A program made the position numbers and the translations under genes. A DNA stretch of 64,000 nucleotides, taken from Trichoplax adhaerens. Taxonomy: Eukaryota > Animalia > Placozoa. The stretch is taken from positions 34,678 to 98,677 of the forward strand of contig NW_002060946.1 of assembly GCF_000150275.1 (NCBI RefSeq), read 5' to 3'. Shown piece by piece: positions 39,901-54,347 of the stretch; position 1 is the first letter of the stretch; every line of letters begins with the position of its first letter. Below the pieces are notes generated by a model that saw nothing but the letters and a program-made list of their open reading frames with translations, was not told the DNA's origin and made no database searches.

Positions 39901-42900
39901 CAAATAGCTATTTTATTAAGGACAAAATATGATAAAGGCAACCGTAACACGATTATTGTATTTGCCTTGGAAATCATAGTCGAGCAGACAATTACTATCA
40001 ATTTATGCAATTCATTAAGGCATTAGCAAATAGATCATTAAATCTGCCGTAGAAAAACTATTTTCCATCCACTATCAAAATGATTTCTTATTACTTAAGG
40101 TCAATTCTAATATGGTGAATAAACCTCATCTAAAATTTATACTGATTTACTGAATTAACCGAACGCTAAAGCAAATAACTACCGCACCAATACATTTACG
40201 TGCTTCTATTTACTTAACGTCTAGCTCTTAAACAATTTCTAAAACGTCTCTGAAAATCTTACGTCCCACACTCAGCGACTATAAAGAATCGATAACCACA
40301 CACAAGCTAGTTAATTTTATCTAAAAGAATATTTTTATTATATACCAAAGACGGTGAATTTGCTTTGAAAAATAATCGTGTAATACACTTTAACAGTGAA
40401 TTGGCTCTATACTAAAATTAAACTACCAAAGTAACAAATTAGGAGAGTCATGTTGATTTCAGACGTCCTATATGGTCAAAAAATGATAATTTAATTCTGA
40501 AATTTAATTTCAATTAATGATCAGTGGGTCCTACATAAAAATTAATCTCCTACCAGAATCAAGCAATGATTGCATCGTAATTTTATTAAAAAAAAAAATA
40601 GATTGAAATAGAACTTTAAAATCTTCATAAATAGTCAAACACTAACCGAATAATCACTCCCACAAACTTACATAACTTAATTGCTGCTAGTTCCATTGCT
40701 GAACGTAGAGAACTCAGGCGTTACCATGGAATCATCTTTAACGAATACACATATTAGTATGCACATAGGAAGAAGATCAAATAAATAGGTATTATTAACA
40801 AAGTATAGTACAATAATATCGAAAAAGCGCCTTTCCCTAGTTTGAATGCATATTACTATTGTGCAAATGGTACCATTGAATAGAATCTGTGAATAATTGC
40901 CCTTTTGGAAAACTTCATTGCGTAGATATCATGATTGTATGTCGTTCGAAGTAATAGTTTAGAGTATTAGTTTTCTTTATGGGAATAGTATCAATGTCAG
41001 CGAGGCGATGGAATGTTCTAGTTTATTCATTAAGGAGAAAATTAAATTATTGTTATGGAATCTTATTTACTATATCCTGCTCTAATAGAAAGCTAAACCA
41101 TCCATTTCATCCGACTTATAACAAATTCAAATAAAGTAACTGGTAGAAATGAAACAGAATTATGCTTCGGCATACGATCAAATCACGAATTAATCTATAA
41201 CCTCGGCAATTAAGAATAACGACTGAATCCTTCTTAAAATTCATGGAGCAAAATCTTTAATTCGTCTAATTTATAAATGGTTACACTAAAAATCCCTTGA
41301 TTTTTCCTGAGTATGATACAAATCAGCAATTGATAGAAAAGTAAATAATTTATTTATTACATGCGTAAAGCGGTTAATAAAAGCGATTCCTAAACCCTCT
41401 TAAAATTTTACTATTTCATTAGTAAGTCAAAACTAAATTACCAATTCATTTACCGTGTAGAATTGATAACAAGCAATATCAAATTTACTCAAGGAAACAT
41501 ACAATATATTCGATCAGAGTAACTAAAATTGATTATCGAGTTGTTGTGGAGGTTAAACGATATTGTAGAGATTCTATCTATTGCACTGTTCAATTCAGTT
41601 TAGAAACTTAATAAACTTATTATCGAAATTGAGCCTTCTCTGTAAGTCGAATCTTATAAATAGCACTAAATGACATCGCGTAATAAGTGTATCTCTGCTA
41701 AAAAAACTTACGGCAAATGTATGTATTATAAGAGTTAAAGGTGTTCTTTCTATTCTCTATTTCATCTACCAGTTAATATATTATGTATTGGGTTATCATG
41801 ATTATGCTATTAAAATTTGTCGGGTTCTTTATCCTTTTCCAACATATTCTGATTATTACTCACTAAGAGTAATCTATTTACTGGTTGGACATCGGAAATA
41901 GTTCAGAAATATATACAGCCATTTTTATGCAAGAGAAAATGATTATAATTGAGATTTAATTAATATGAATTATCTACCAATTGTATAGATTATGTCCCTC
42001 TTTTAAAGGAGCTGTAAATTCAATTTATTTTTGAGCTAGAATTCCATTGCCTAGAGCTAAATGTCGTAGAAAACTATTAGTGAATATCATGAATAATTAG
42101 TATATGATCTATACTGTTGCTAAGTAAATAAAATACCTCTTTCTATACGTTATTGATTGGATAACTAGCCAATCCCTAATGAAGAAAATCAGATTTCAAG
42201 GTTGTCTTATTTTGAATTAGGTTCTATACTTGCATAGATACATCGAAATAGATAACAATGTCGTTTAATTTCTTTCTTTCGATTGAATTCTTACAAATTA
42301 TCCCTATGCTGCTCCAAAATTGTTTAAATAGTGCTGGTGTTCGCAGGATTATGTACGGTTGAATACGCAACTATTTGATATACTGCTAGCTAATATACTA
42401 CTAAGCAGCGATATTATATTGGAGTTTCAATGCTTCATTTGCACATTATTGCTATGTATAGCTTATTCCAACCCAAACAGTTAATATGCATTCATATCAA
42501 CTATACTTATATCTGATAATAATTTTATGCCCGTACGCGTATGTGTATAGTTTCGTTGTGAGTCATCCTTAAATATTTTGGTTAATTGTCAATGCTATCA
42601 TCTGTTGCAGTATGCATTCTTTTGGCTTCTGTAGTTTAAATTACACAATATAAAGGCAACATTATAAGTAACAAATTGTGATTGAATTAATTGCTCTCAC
42701 TAATCACTTAATTTCAACATGTTTTTTTTAATAGTGTTAAAGAATACAACGATGTTATTCAAATACAAAACCCATCTGTCAAGGCTTTATTCATTAACCA
42801 AGCTCAACATGTTGCCGCCGTGGATAAAGAGCAGCGTGAATATGTTGAAGCATTAAATCGTCAAGAGGTGGCTGATAAAGAATTAGATGCTTTAAAACAT

Positions 42901-44088
42901 CAACATCAAACCTTACAACGTGAATTCCAAGACGCTGAAAAGGGCATGCAAGAATTGAAATCTTTGCGCGAGCAGCAATCGGAACTGTTAGAGCGAATCT
43001 TCAATGGAAAATACGGTAGCGAGAAAGAATACCGATTAGAATTAGACCTCGAAATGATGGAAGATCGCAAGCAACGCGTTGCAGCTGCACGCTATCGCTG
43101 GCAATGTGCTCGTTTCTTGTTAAACCATGCTACCAACCAGCTTAATTTTGGAGTTCAGCGCTGGCATCAGTTACGTACAATTCACTATCAACAATTTCAT
43201 GTACGCTATAAAATGATTGCTGAAACAAGAAATAATTTAATAGCATCATTACAAAATATTAATAACGCATACCGCTATCTACCGCAAATACAATTGCCAT
43301 ATGTCGGGGCAGAATTTACAAATCATCTGATGGAGTCAATTAATTCTATCTTTAATGATGCTCAAAATCCAACAACATATGAGCAAGTCCAAGTGCGTCT
43401 AAATGACTATTTCAAAAAATGCAGCCACCTTAACCAATGGAGTAATCAAGTATTAACCCAGACTATCGAGCAAGATTTTGGAAAAGCCACAAGCGAATAT
43501 GATGAAGTTAGCCGTATGCTGCGCGAGGAACGCTTGCAATTACTGGAAAATAAGGCACGTGCTATTATTGGAAGCGATTTTATTGCAAGTATTTTAATAT
43601 CAAACCAAATCGAAAATGAAGAATCCAAGCTTGAACATCACGATCAGATAATTGATCAAGCCATTATTATCGAAGCTGAACCTGTACCACAAAGTGAGGA
43701 AGAAATAGCAAGCACTGAACAAGCACCGCCAGCACCAGAATTTTCGGTAACTGAACAAGAAATCAACCAAAATTCCATCATTGCCGATAATGCGCAACAA
43801 ATAGATGATGATCATAGACCGGATGTTGCACCTGTGCCATTATCCGACTTAGCACCACCTCCAACACAAGAAGAATTATTTGGTAATATCGAAAGTTTAC
43901 GTAAAAAGCATGAAGAAGATGTTGCCGAATTTGAAAGAATACAAGACTATAATCGTCAACGTGCAGATCAAGGTTTACAGGAGAAACTACAACGTCGTCG
44001 AAGCCGACGCCGAAAGCAACAGTTGGAAACGATCCAGGGTCATATGTTAAGTCAAAAAGTATCAGCAATTAACGAAAATGCATCGTAA
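36971..44088 (+). CDS. Uncharacterised coiled-coil protein (~677 aa) with a predicted N-myristoylation/palmitoylation motif; exons 36971-37650 and 42735-44088
   Basis: Donor AC|gtaagt at 37651 (phase 2) and acceptor tttttttaatag| at 42734 join the two ORFs in frame (KRQT-VKEYNDVIQ...VDKEQREY). MGTC start, P/Q-rich disordered N-terminus, long helical domain. Confidence 0.85.
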
Positions 44089-46663
44089 TATCAGCGAAAA
44101 GAATCTATTAGTGACACATATGCAGGTACTAATCGCTTACACAGTGTAAAGGATGAAGAGTCTAGTAGTTATGTACAATCTTTTAAATTGTATAACGCAA
44201 ATGAGAAATCATCGTAAATTTTTTTTGAGCGATAAAGTTAAAAAGTATCATTTTATGAACAGATCGTAGATAGCATATTGCTAATAAATAGAGTCTATAT
44301 GAATACTATCATCTTATGATAGAATTCAACGCAGAAGAAGGATGGTTGGATGAAAGCACAAGTTCTTTCATAACGTCGCCACCGATGTTATAGATTTTAC
44401 CATCTAATCTTCAAAGTATCTATAGCAACCTATAAATATCCATGTTTTATATCATACGAGTACAATAATTCAATCCTAGATATATCTACTTGTTTCACTT
44501 AGATTAAAACAAAGTGATAGAATTTACAACTTCTTTGTGTCTACAAAATAACTCCTCAGTTATGCTATTAATCCCATACAAGTTGTAATAATTTGATCAC
44601 ATTTCAACGCTTACAATTATCCACTGTATCAGTTGTATGTTGTTTTCTTTTTTACCGTGTTACAGTTGCTGTTTGAACTTAGAATAGCTAATAACTATTG
44701 CGATAACCAAATAAGTTTTAAATATGTATACCAACCTGCTTAAGCTACTACAGTATAGCTGCTCTTTTGCAATTAGAAACTAAGATCGATATTCCTCTTC
44801 TATAATCATTTACAGAAATTTTAGGATTGCTATGATTTTATACATCATTAGTCAACTCATATACATGCTACTATCTTTTGCATTTAAGTACATGCAGCAT
44901 CTAGAGTTACAATTTTTCACATGATATACTTTTTCCCTGTAGTTCAATTTATGCAAAACTTTCTGTAATCGCTTATAAGTTTCTTAACTGTTTGAAGGTT
45001 AAGCATGCTCATATATACAAATGTCAATAAGATCGTTGATTATAATATCATATATGCGTATTCAATACTCTTAACAATTTTAAATCAATTGATTATCTGG
45101 TTACACCTACAAATGTTGGGAAGAAATGATATCTTACGTTTTGTCGTTAGCTGACAAGGCTTAGATAACGGCAGCTTAAAATAAAATGTTTTTCAATTAA
45201 TATTTGTTCTTATGCTATTTGTTATTCGTTGCAAACGGCTTTAAGGTGATTGACACGAAAAACTTCTAGAATGCTCTGTTTTGGAAACTACTGTATTGAT
45301 CTACTATAATTGATTAATAATTAATTAATCTATGCAAATTGAATGCATAAACGATATCTAATCGAAGTGTCAAGGCTAATCCTTTTCTGCAACTTGTCAT
45401 TCTTGTAATATTTTATCACATTAGTTTGTACTGCCTAATTTTTATCCGCTATAGTTTATCACGAAAGCAGTTACTTTCTATCTTGATAACATTACAGTAC
45501 GAACTTTACTAATCACCTTATTTAGCAAGTAATACCATAACAATTATACTAACAAAGATTAGGTTAGAGTAAATAAAGAGCATTTGTGTACACGAACGAG
45601 CTTAAGAAATGAAATACTGTAAAGTTTCACATCATTACCACATGTAGTATATGTACGCATACATGGGCTATCTCACGCATATGTAATAACTACCGTAGTG
45701 TAGCGGTATTTGGATCTGTTTTATTTAGATTCATAAATTAACCCACGAATTGATTAATAACTTGAATTTATTTAAAATCAGGTTATACGAAAAAAATCTT
45801 ATGTTACGTAAGTAAATATGGCATGGTCCAATTCCTATAAACATCTGGATCTGGAAATGATCTCATGATTTTCGCGCATACCATTAAATAGTATTGAACA
45901 TCCAATCCTCATCATTTATCTGCTTACACGGTTTCTGATAATTTATGCAAAACATCTCTTAACTTAGGGTACCACGTATTATGTCATACGAGATATTTTT
46001 AATCATCACTATTTGCTATCAATTTATGCGAGTATGCATAATCAAAGTACCAATACAGAACAATCTCTAAACACATTACATGGCCTTTAAAAGCATTTAA
46101 TATGCTAAATGATTATTAAAATAGGCAATAACGCAATCTTCATACAAAAAACTTTCCGTTATAGTAAATAGTCGAAATTGCTGAAACTGATTTCCTATTG
46201 CATAAGGTGACTTAAGTTTAAGGGTATCAATCATTAATCCATTCTTTTCCGGATTAATACTAACAAGGATAAATTAAATTTTAATATAGGCGGAATGAAA
46301 TTAATCATAAATACAGCGATTATGCCTTTTCAGAGTTCGATGGTCAATTCACCGTTATAAAACATTAAAACCTTCATCATGATTTTAGTAAATTAAATCA
46401 TTTTCCTTTTCCCATATTTAACGGTTAACATATTTATAATCTAAAAATTATCCAAGTGACAAACAATATTCAGTCACCGATCTCTTTTATATGTAGTTCA
46501 ATGGATGCAGGACAAATCCGTAAATAAACATTCTTTGACTGAGATTTAAAAAATTTCGCGATATTTCATTTATTAGGCCTGAAGTCGTTTCTTATTGCGA
46601 CATAACTCGTATAAATTAATATGTAAAAGTAAGAGTTATATAGGTATTTTGTGAGGGTATAAA

Positions 46664-49600
46664 TTATTTGTGGTAGATTGCTGTAATATCTGATAACAAT
46701 TCATTGGCTGCCATCTTAACCTGTAAAGGAAATAAAGAAACAACTAAGCTTGAAATGTGGTAGAACATACAATCTCATTTAAATCAACACAGCTAATCAG
46801 TTACACGATAAGCAAATAACTCTAATATTATACCTCTGAACTAGAATCGTCAATAAAATTATGAATTAAAGACAATGGAATAGTTGCTTGTAACTTTTTG
46901 GTAAACTCTGGACTGTCTGGTTCAAGCGCTAGTGACTGCAATAGCCTAAAACCAATAATTGTTAACAAGTAGTGAAAACAAAATTCTAACTTCAAGAATC
47001 ATAAGACATAACCATTGTACGTTTTCGATTATTACCTTAACGTATTGTATTTGGTTTCAGTATCACTTTCTTCTATATTTATGAAATAAGTAATTTTACG
47101 TTTTAGTATTGCTCACATCAGATAAGCCTAACTTATACAACAAATTAATGCAGCTAGTTTTGTCGATAAAAGGAAATACTCTATACAGTTAGAATACTTC
47201 GAGCCAAAACCATTACATACATAAAGACAAATTAATCATACAACAATTATCACTTTTCTTATTCATACAACCTTTCAAAAGATTCGCTATCAAAGGTAAA
47301 ATATCATCCCTTGAGCTAACATAGCGTAACCCCCTCTGATTTATGCTGTAAAATTTAAACACACCGTCAGATCAGCAATCTAAACTGGTAAGCATGAATT
47401 AGAAAAAGGTATTTCTTTAAAAACAAGCCAGTCAATACCTCATATTGTATACAGCCATCAAAATTAAACTAGAATGTTACAAGAATAATAAAATTTCGAT
47501 TTAATAAGTAACACTTGTATGGCGAAACAATTTCAAGATTTGTAGATATAGAGACGTTATGATACATAAATATAAACAAATGTGTACAAAAATGCAATAG
47601 CATTGGTGTACTAACTTGCGCAATTTGGTGCTAATGGAATTTATGGAGAAGAATAAGAAAGTATATATCATTGAATTAGTGCTGGTTACGATTTTAAATT
47701 GAATCAGTAACATTAATGGCATTTACAATCAAAAATTTCGTACCTAAGCTTATTATTTGGAGCTGCACACAAAACGGTAAAAAATGCTTCGAAAACCTCA
47801 CGACCACATTCACTAGAAATTAGATAGTCTCGCCCATCAGGTGTAGCTGCCATATCTGAACATTTTTACAATTTCACGATTTAAATTATCAAAATAATAA
47901 CAATCAAACTTGAAATTATAGATTAGCAATTTATGAAGCAGTCCTCATTAATAGCAATACATAATGACAGTACATGAGAGATGTTACATACTTGTTACGA
48001 TTCCGCATAATGACAGAATGTACTCGGATTCATCAGAAATTTCGGAAGGCATAGCAACAGATTTATCAGAATACGTAGCGATAAAGCTATCTATCGTTTG
48101 TGCTACCAATCGTAAAAACTCTTCCGTTCTGACCTATGATATTTTACACAGGAAACGGACCATTATGGAAAAAGAAGTCCAAATTCATTATTTATTCTAA
48201 AGCATGCAAAATAGATCATAAACCATAACTATACCCCAACAAGCATCGATTGCACACACTGTTCATCTTTCGATAGCTTCCACAGCATCGTTCCCATCGA
48301 AGCACCCATGTTAGCGCAATATTCTAGTTGTTGTGATAATTCTTCATTCATTTGTGTTAAAGTTCCCTATTAAATTAAAATATAATTCGCCACTGTAAAA
48401 TAGCTGATTAATAAATTCGATTTCTTAGTTATTCTTCGACCATTTACCAAACCAAAAGTAGAATCATGTGTTACCTGCAAACGATCAGTTTCCTAAAAAA
48501 GGTAACGGAACGAATTGATGAAATAATAGTTTTTAAACGTATTGCGGAAACTCATCACTTATGGTAATGGTTGTAGAATCTATTTTACCTGTTTTTGCAC
48601 TTTCACCTCATCTTCAAGTTGCTCATGTTTGAACCTTAAATTTTCATATTCAGTTTTTAAATCTTGAAATAATTGTTGGTAGTTATTGCCTAATAATAGA
48701 ATAAACTAAATTCAATCATATCCTAATTTTATTACTAGCCAATAGCTCAGGAATTTATATCAGAAGCAACAAAGCACTTAACGACATGATATCACTACAA
48801 AAGCATACCGGTAACATTTCCTGAGGGAAAATGATTCAGGCAACGCTGGTCATCAGCAACAATCTAGACAGTAGCGAATAGGATTATCATCTTCAATAAA
48901 TGGAAAATAAACCTAAAAACCGCCTGGTCTCGACCATATTCTTAATTATAAAAATGTGCAATATTACACCTCACAATAACAAAATACCGCACCTTCGGAA
49001 GGAAAGATTTTAGTTGCATAACTTCCGCTACTAAATTTTCTAAATCCATCTTTGGTACTTTAACAAAACTGCCTGGACTACTATCGTTAGGCAAATTTGC
49101 GCTGGCTTTCTACAATATTAATTTAAACAGAAATCACTGATAATGTGATAAAAGCGAACTGTAAACAACTGGTACATACGTGTAATATTTCCTACAACAA
49201 ATCAGTATATTATTAACCGATAATATATTATTATCCCTATTAGTTTTCAGCTCTTTTAAGCGATGTTGTCTTAACTAAATTAATCATAGCATACAGTAAC
49301 TATGTTTAAATGGGCAAAAGAGGCGATTTTAAACAAAATCTGTCCTGAAATGCATTTTTAACAGATAGACCCACTAAAAATTTTATCAAGTGGCGTACAG
49401 ACTTACAGGTATATCTTGGCGATGCGTTAGAACCATTGCTTGATTGGGATTTGCTGAATTTTCAATAATATCATTGTTCAATTTAATACTTTGATTATCT
49501 TTTCTTTCCTGGAAATCGGATTACAGTACCGTATTAATGATATGCAAAATATCTATTATTTCTGTGACTTTCGTAACATAAATAAATAATAAATGACTTT

Positions 49601-49671
49601 CAGAGCTCAAGACTGATTAACGGCTTTACCATATTCACACAAACTGAGTTCGAATCAAGATCACCGGCCAT
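46664..49671 (-). CDS. HSF2BP: HSF2BP/MEILB2, meiotic BRCA2-localising armadillo/coiled-coil protein, ~15 coding exons
   Basis: Spliced segments FVKVPKMDLENLVAEVMQLKSFLPK, QQLEYCANMGASMGTMLWKLS, DESEYILSLCGIVTNMAATPDGRDYL, TKLRNLILMAVYNMSINQRGLRYV, LRLLQSLALEP and KMAANELLSDI are collinear with human HSF2BP. ATG at 49671 has an in-frame stop upstream. Absent from the ORF track. Confidence 0.92.
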
Positions 49672-52463
49672 AAGTCCTCGTAAGATTTATCATATCGTTA
49701 AAGTCTCGTCAGAAACACGCGGATATATCTCAGACCCTACCATTGAAAGAATAGAAAAAGTTCACTTAAAATATACGTACATGTAGTATTGTTAATCTAC
49801 TACATTAAATTTGTAGCAGTAATCTCTGAGGTTTAACCGTAAGGGGCTTATATTAGTACTAATTTAAAGAGAAATCAAAAACAATAATCAATTACAGGTA
49901 ATAGATACTACGAATGACATTGTTCTATAACGATAAAAAGGTCTACATCTGGATAGTACAATATCCTGCCTAAACCATAAGAGTAACAGAAAGGTATTCG
50001 AATATCAGCTACAATGCGTAGATAAAAAAATCATGACAATACCTCTATTTGCCCAACACTACTTAGAAAATAGAACCAATATTCGTATAAGTTAATGATT
50101 TCTGTTTATGAAGTAAGAATAAAGGATAAATACGCTTTCATCATGAGACCCTAAATCTGTTTAAGTAACGAAATTTAAACATTTTACAATGCTGTTATGC
50201 AGTCTTATTAATGTTAAGTAAAGTTTTAACTTTTTCACTAAAATAATAAGTAGCAGTAAGTAATTTACCATTAGTGTTCTCAAGCACAGACAGTAATAGT
50301 ACTACCAGTCAGTTATATTATCGATACAACGAAAGAAAGCTGTCTTGCAGTATGTGTAAAAAGTAAGACAAGCCACATATCTACACCTTCAAATTATTAT
50401 TAATCCTTTGTTGGTTGCCATTCCTAATCTTGAAATGTTTAATAATACTAACTAGTATATGTATTGAAACTGAACTACGATGATACTGTAATTATGCCTT
50501 AACTTACTAGAATTTTGTACGTATACAGTTCACCTTCATAAGAATATTTACCGTTAGAGCAAGTCGTATGTAATATGCGCGTACGCTAAGATTTTTACGG
50601 CCAAGTTAGAGAATGAATAAAGCAGTAACTAAATAGATAAACTCCAACTAAAATTAATCTGATGGCAATAGATAGATATTCATAAAAGGAAGGCAGTATT
50701 AGTAGTTCCTTTCTCAAATAGCCAAGATGCAACTGTCATATTTCGAATCATTCGATTGTAAAGTTAATTACTTTTACAGACCACCTTCAGTGCCTTTATA
50801 AATAATTATTTTTGTGCATGTGGACAATGGATAATCATATGAAATACAATATTGACTAATAGTAAGAAGGATGGATGAACATATAATTGTTATATAACGA
50901 AGCAAGGATCATTCAGTCGTTAGGCTGATTTATTACGTTATATGATACGTTGCTCTTAATCTAACCAAATATAATTTAGCCTGTAGAAAAACATCAATCA
51001 GCAAGAACAATAAAATATGCTTATGTTATGTCGCCTTGTGTCTGAGAATAAAGGAAGTCAGAAATTCAAATGACAATCACAGCGATTCCATTTGCTTAAC
51101 AAATTATTTACTATTGTCATTCTTTAATTTTGAAGATGAATAACGTACAATTAACTATTTCGAAATCAAAAGCAAGTCTACAAGGATAACATAAAGTAAG
51201 TCATCGATAATTGGATTGATCTTGTCATCATCGAAGCATGATATTGAATAAAATCAACAATAGATTCCCCTAGCGATTCAAAAACATCACAGAGAATATA
51301 AAATAGGAGCCGCGATAAAACCGAAAGGATACATGACAAAATATGACATAAAATCATCAAAACGTTTAGCATTTCAATGCCTAAAACTGTACCGAAATTA
51401 TTTTTAGGAACACTAGATTTTGAATGTGTAATCGTTCTTCAACCGATTAAATTCCTATCCATTTCAAATTGGCCTGAGGGTATACAGTAAACGTATTGAC
51501 TAAGAGTACATTTGTTTGTTAATGGACGTAACTACAGACTCTACTGAAAGTAACTCGATCCTAAATTTGTCAATACGTGGATGTCAATTTAGAATAGAAT
51601 TTTCGAAAGTAAATTTCAGGGTGTAGAAAGGAAGCTTAATATTAATGACCAAGTAGAAAGTAATGATTGGCTTGAATCGAATAGTTGGATAAGAGTCAGT
51701 GCTAAGCTCATAATTAACTGCGGTACTGAATCTTTCAAGGCTAATGATTGCAAGTTATTATACAGTAACAAGTACCATTATAAAGTTATAGATGTAGACG
51801 TATCTAAATTAAATTAAAGAACATTTCTCTAATTTAGCATCTTATTAACAGTTGATTAACTCTAGTCTGTCGGACATTCCAATAATCATCATAATAGCGG
51901 ATTGTAAAACGGTTTTAAATAAATATTTCCTATAAACAGTAGGAACAACACCGTATAAAACGTGATCTACTGCATTTTACATTTAATAAATAGACTTACC
52001 GTATTGCATTAACTCTAAATGCAATGCTGCATTCTCAAGTGCTATGTATCCGCCAAAATCGATTAATATATATGCTAATACTAGGAATACAGCATATTCT
52101 TAATTTTGAGATAAATGATCGAATCAATCGTATTGACTTGATTTATATACAAATCGTCACAACGTGTACTGTATAACGTAGTAATTAAGAGTTGGTTGGT
52201 ATCAATATGCTAGCCTGACACAAAATAAACGCAACTATCATCTGATTCACGTCAGCATCGACTGTAGGTACTACTGAATACTGTATGTACACCTGTATAG
52301 CTCATTTAGACGCAGGAATACTTCTACTAATTGTTATTAGTTTCCATGACTCTGATTAACCATCTTTATGTGGTTCATTCATCTCATGACGCAAATACGC
52401 AATGTATACTGTACATGTACTGTGCTACTGTATGGACGATCTTGGCGTAAAAGCCCCCAAAAT

Positions 52464-52802
52464 GACTGATTTGTCAGTTGCATTTGCAAAGGAAAAGTCT
52501 AATATAATATGCTAAATGGATACTGATTTCTAGTAAAAGCTCTTCAATTTCATAGTAACTGTCTTACGTAATTATTAACTACACAGCGTTTTACCGAGTA
52601 AAATAAATAAACGTATCGTGAGGTACTTTCATCGACTGATTTGTCAGTTGCATTTGTAAAGGAAAAGTCTAATATAATATGCTAAGTGGATACTGATTGC
52701 GGTAAAGCTCTTCAATTTCATAGTAACTGTCTTACTTAATTATTATTACACAGCGTTTTACCAAGTAAAATAAATAAACGTATCGTGAGGTACTTTCATC
52801 GA
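52464..52802. repeat. Recent tandem duplication, two units of ~170 bp
   Basis: gactgatttgtcagttgcatttg...gaggtactttcatcga starts at 52464 and again at 52634 with few differences. Confidence 0.95.
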
Positions 52803-53574
52803 ATATTTAACATTGTACTGTATTACGTCCATCTATTGTATATTCTTTCGTAATGTATTGCTTAAATCCGTCTTTAATAATTTAAATATAGCGGCTGCTT
52901 TCTTCCTTTTCATCGTCTTAAGCGAATATGTAAATATTCTTGTATATCGGTAATAACAGAGGAAAGCACGATCTATAACTGACGTACTGTGCGGCACTTT
53001 GAACACCAACTGAAAATCATGTGAATAATAATTTTGTAATAGTCTCGTCTTGAAAGAAAAAGATTCTGACTATGCTATCGGGGATTCTAATCATCTACTG
53101 GTATACTTTGGATAGACATCTACCTCATGTTCGTATATGCTTCACAAGTCACAATGAAAATTACAGAGTAGTAATGTCCTATTTCATAGCGAGTCAAAGA
53201 AATAAATTCACTCTATCATACGTCGAGGGTAAAACTGTACATAATAATGTTGATATTTAACTACCTTTTAAATAACCAAATATTTTACTCTGTGTAAGGG
53301 CATCATTTACAACAGGAAAACTAAACTATTTCGTTTAAGAAAGACATGATTGCAACATAGTTTGTTGTAGTAAGGCTAAAGTAGACAACTCTATATTTCA
53401 AAGAGAAATTTGACAGATCTTTGTTGCAACAAATAAAATCAATGACACTGTCAGTGACGCGGCCAGTATATGACCTTCAGGAAGTGCTATGAGTTATCTA
53501 CTAAATCCGGTCTTAAAAATTATTGGAAAAGAATTTTTCGTGCATCCAGCCAGTACTATCCTTTACCAACTACT

Positions 53575-53757
53575 ATGTCTATCAAAGCAATAATTATTCT
53601 AATTACTGACATTCAATTACTTCAACACTACGCCATTTCTACTCACTTTCAATCTGCCAAACGAATTGTGCTATCGGGCAGGGCGGATATGCATTACGAC
53701 GACGTATGGATGACCGACCTCCAGTCTGTGAGACGGCCTATCATGGATGACGTGTGA
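53575..53757 (+). CDS. Candidate 60-aa secreted peptide precursor
   Basis: MSIKAIIILITDIQLLQHYAISTHFQSA-KR-IVLSG-R-ADMHYDDVWMTDLQSV-RR-PIMDDV*. A splice-acceptor-like ttttcgtgcatccag lies just upstream of the ATG. Confidence 0.3.
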   Translation: MSIKAIIILITDIQLLQHYAISTHFQSAKRIVLSGRADMHYDDVWMTDLQSVRRPIMDDV

Positions 53758-54132
53758 ACAGTGATAGGAGCATAGCATAATATAGGTGTATAATCTAATT
53801 TACTACAGTATTTAATGATTAATTATATATTATACCACACAGTATATTTAATGCAGTAACTTGATCCCGAATGCTGCCAGTTGTATCTTTATAATAGTAG
53901 TGTACTTGCAAAGTTTCTATTATGTTATTCGTAAAATTACGCTCTTACTATTCTATCAAATGATCGAAATCCGTCACAATCACTACTCTACCAACCGGGG
54001 CAAACAAACAAAAAATTTCATAGAAAAACTATTTGAAACTCTAATGTCAACAGTTGCAAGACGTTCGCCTTCTACAGTAAATCACTAGCAATCCTTGTAA
54101 GCGTTCGTTATCATGTTGGACATTCACACAAA

Positions 54133-54326
54133 AAAATAGGCAAAATCCTCAGCCTTACAACTGGGCGATCAGTGATAACTGAAAGGATTGTTGGGTACGA
54201 TTCCTACCTTTGAAATATCTTAAGCAATGAACTGATTGAAGGTTGGCAGATTCAAATTTCAATTGCAGGCCAGAAATTTCTATAGCTCAATACTGTCCAG
54301 TATCGCGCGCATTCCAAGAATTGTCC
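54133..54326 (-). ncRNA. Unassigned ~190-nt structured Pol III RNA candidate with 7SK-like 5' motifs
   Basis: Minus-strand TATAAAAA (54355-54348) at -29 from GG at 54326, T7 at 54136-54130, 5'/3' ends complementary, TACTG array upstream. Same layout as RMRP in this window. Confidence 0.6.
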
Positions 54327-54347
54327 AAACCTTTCACTCAACATGTC

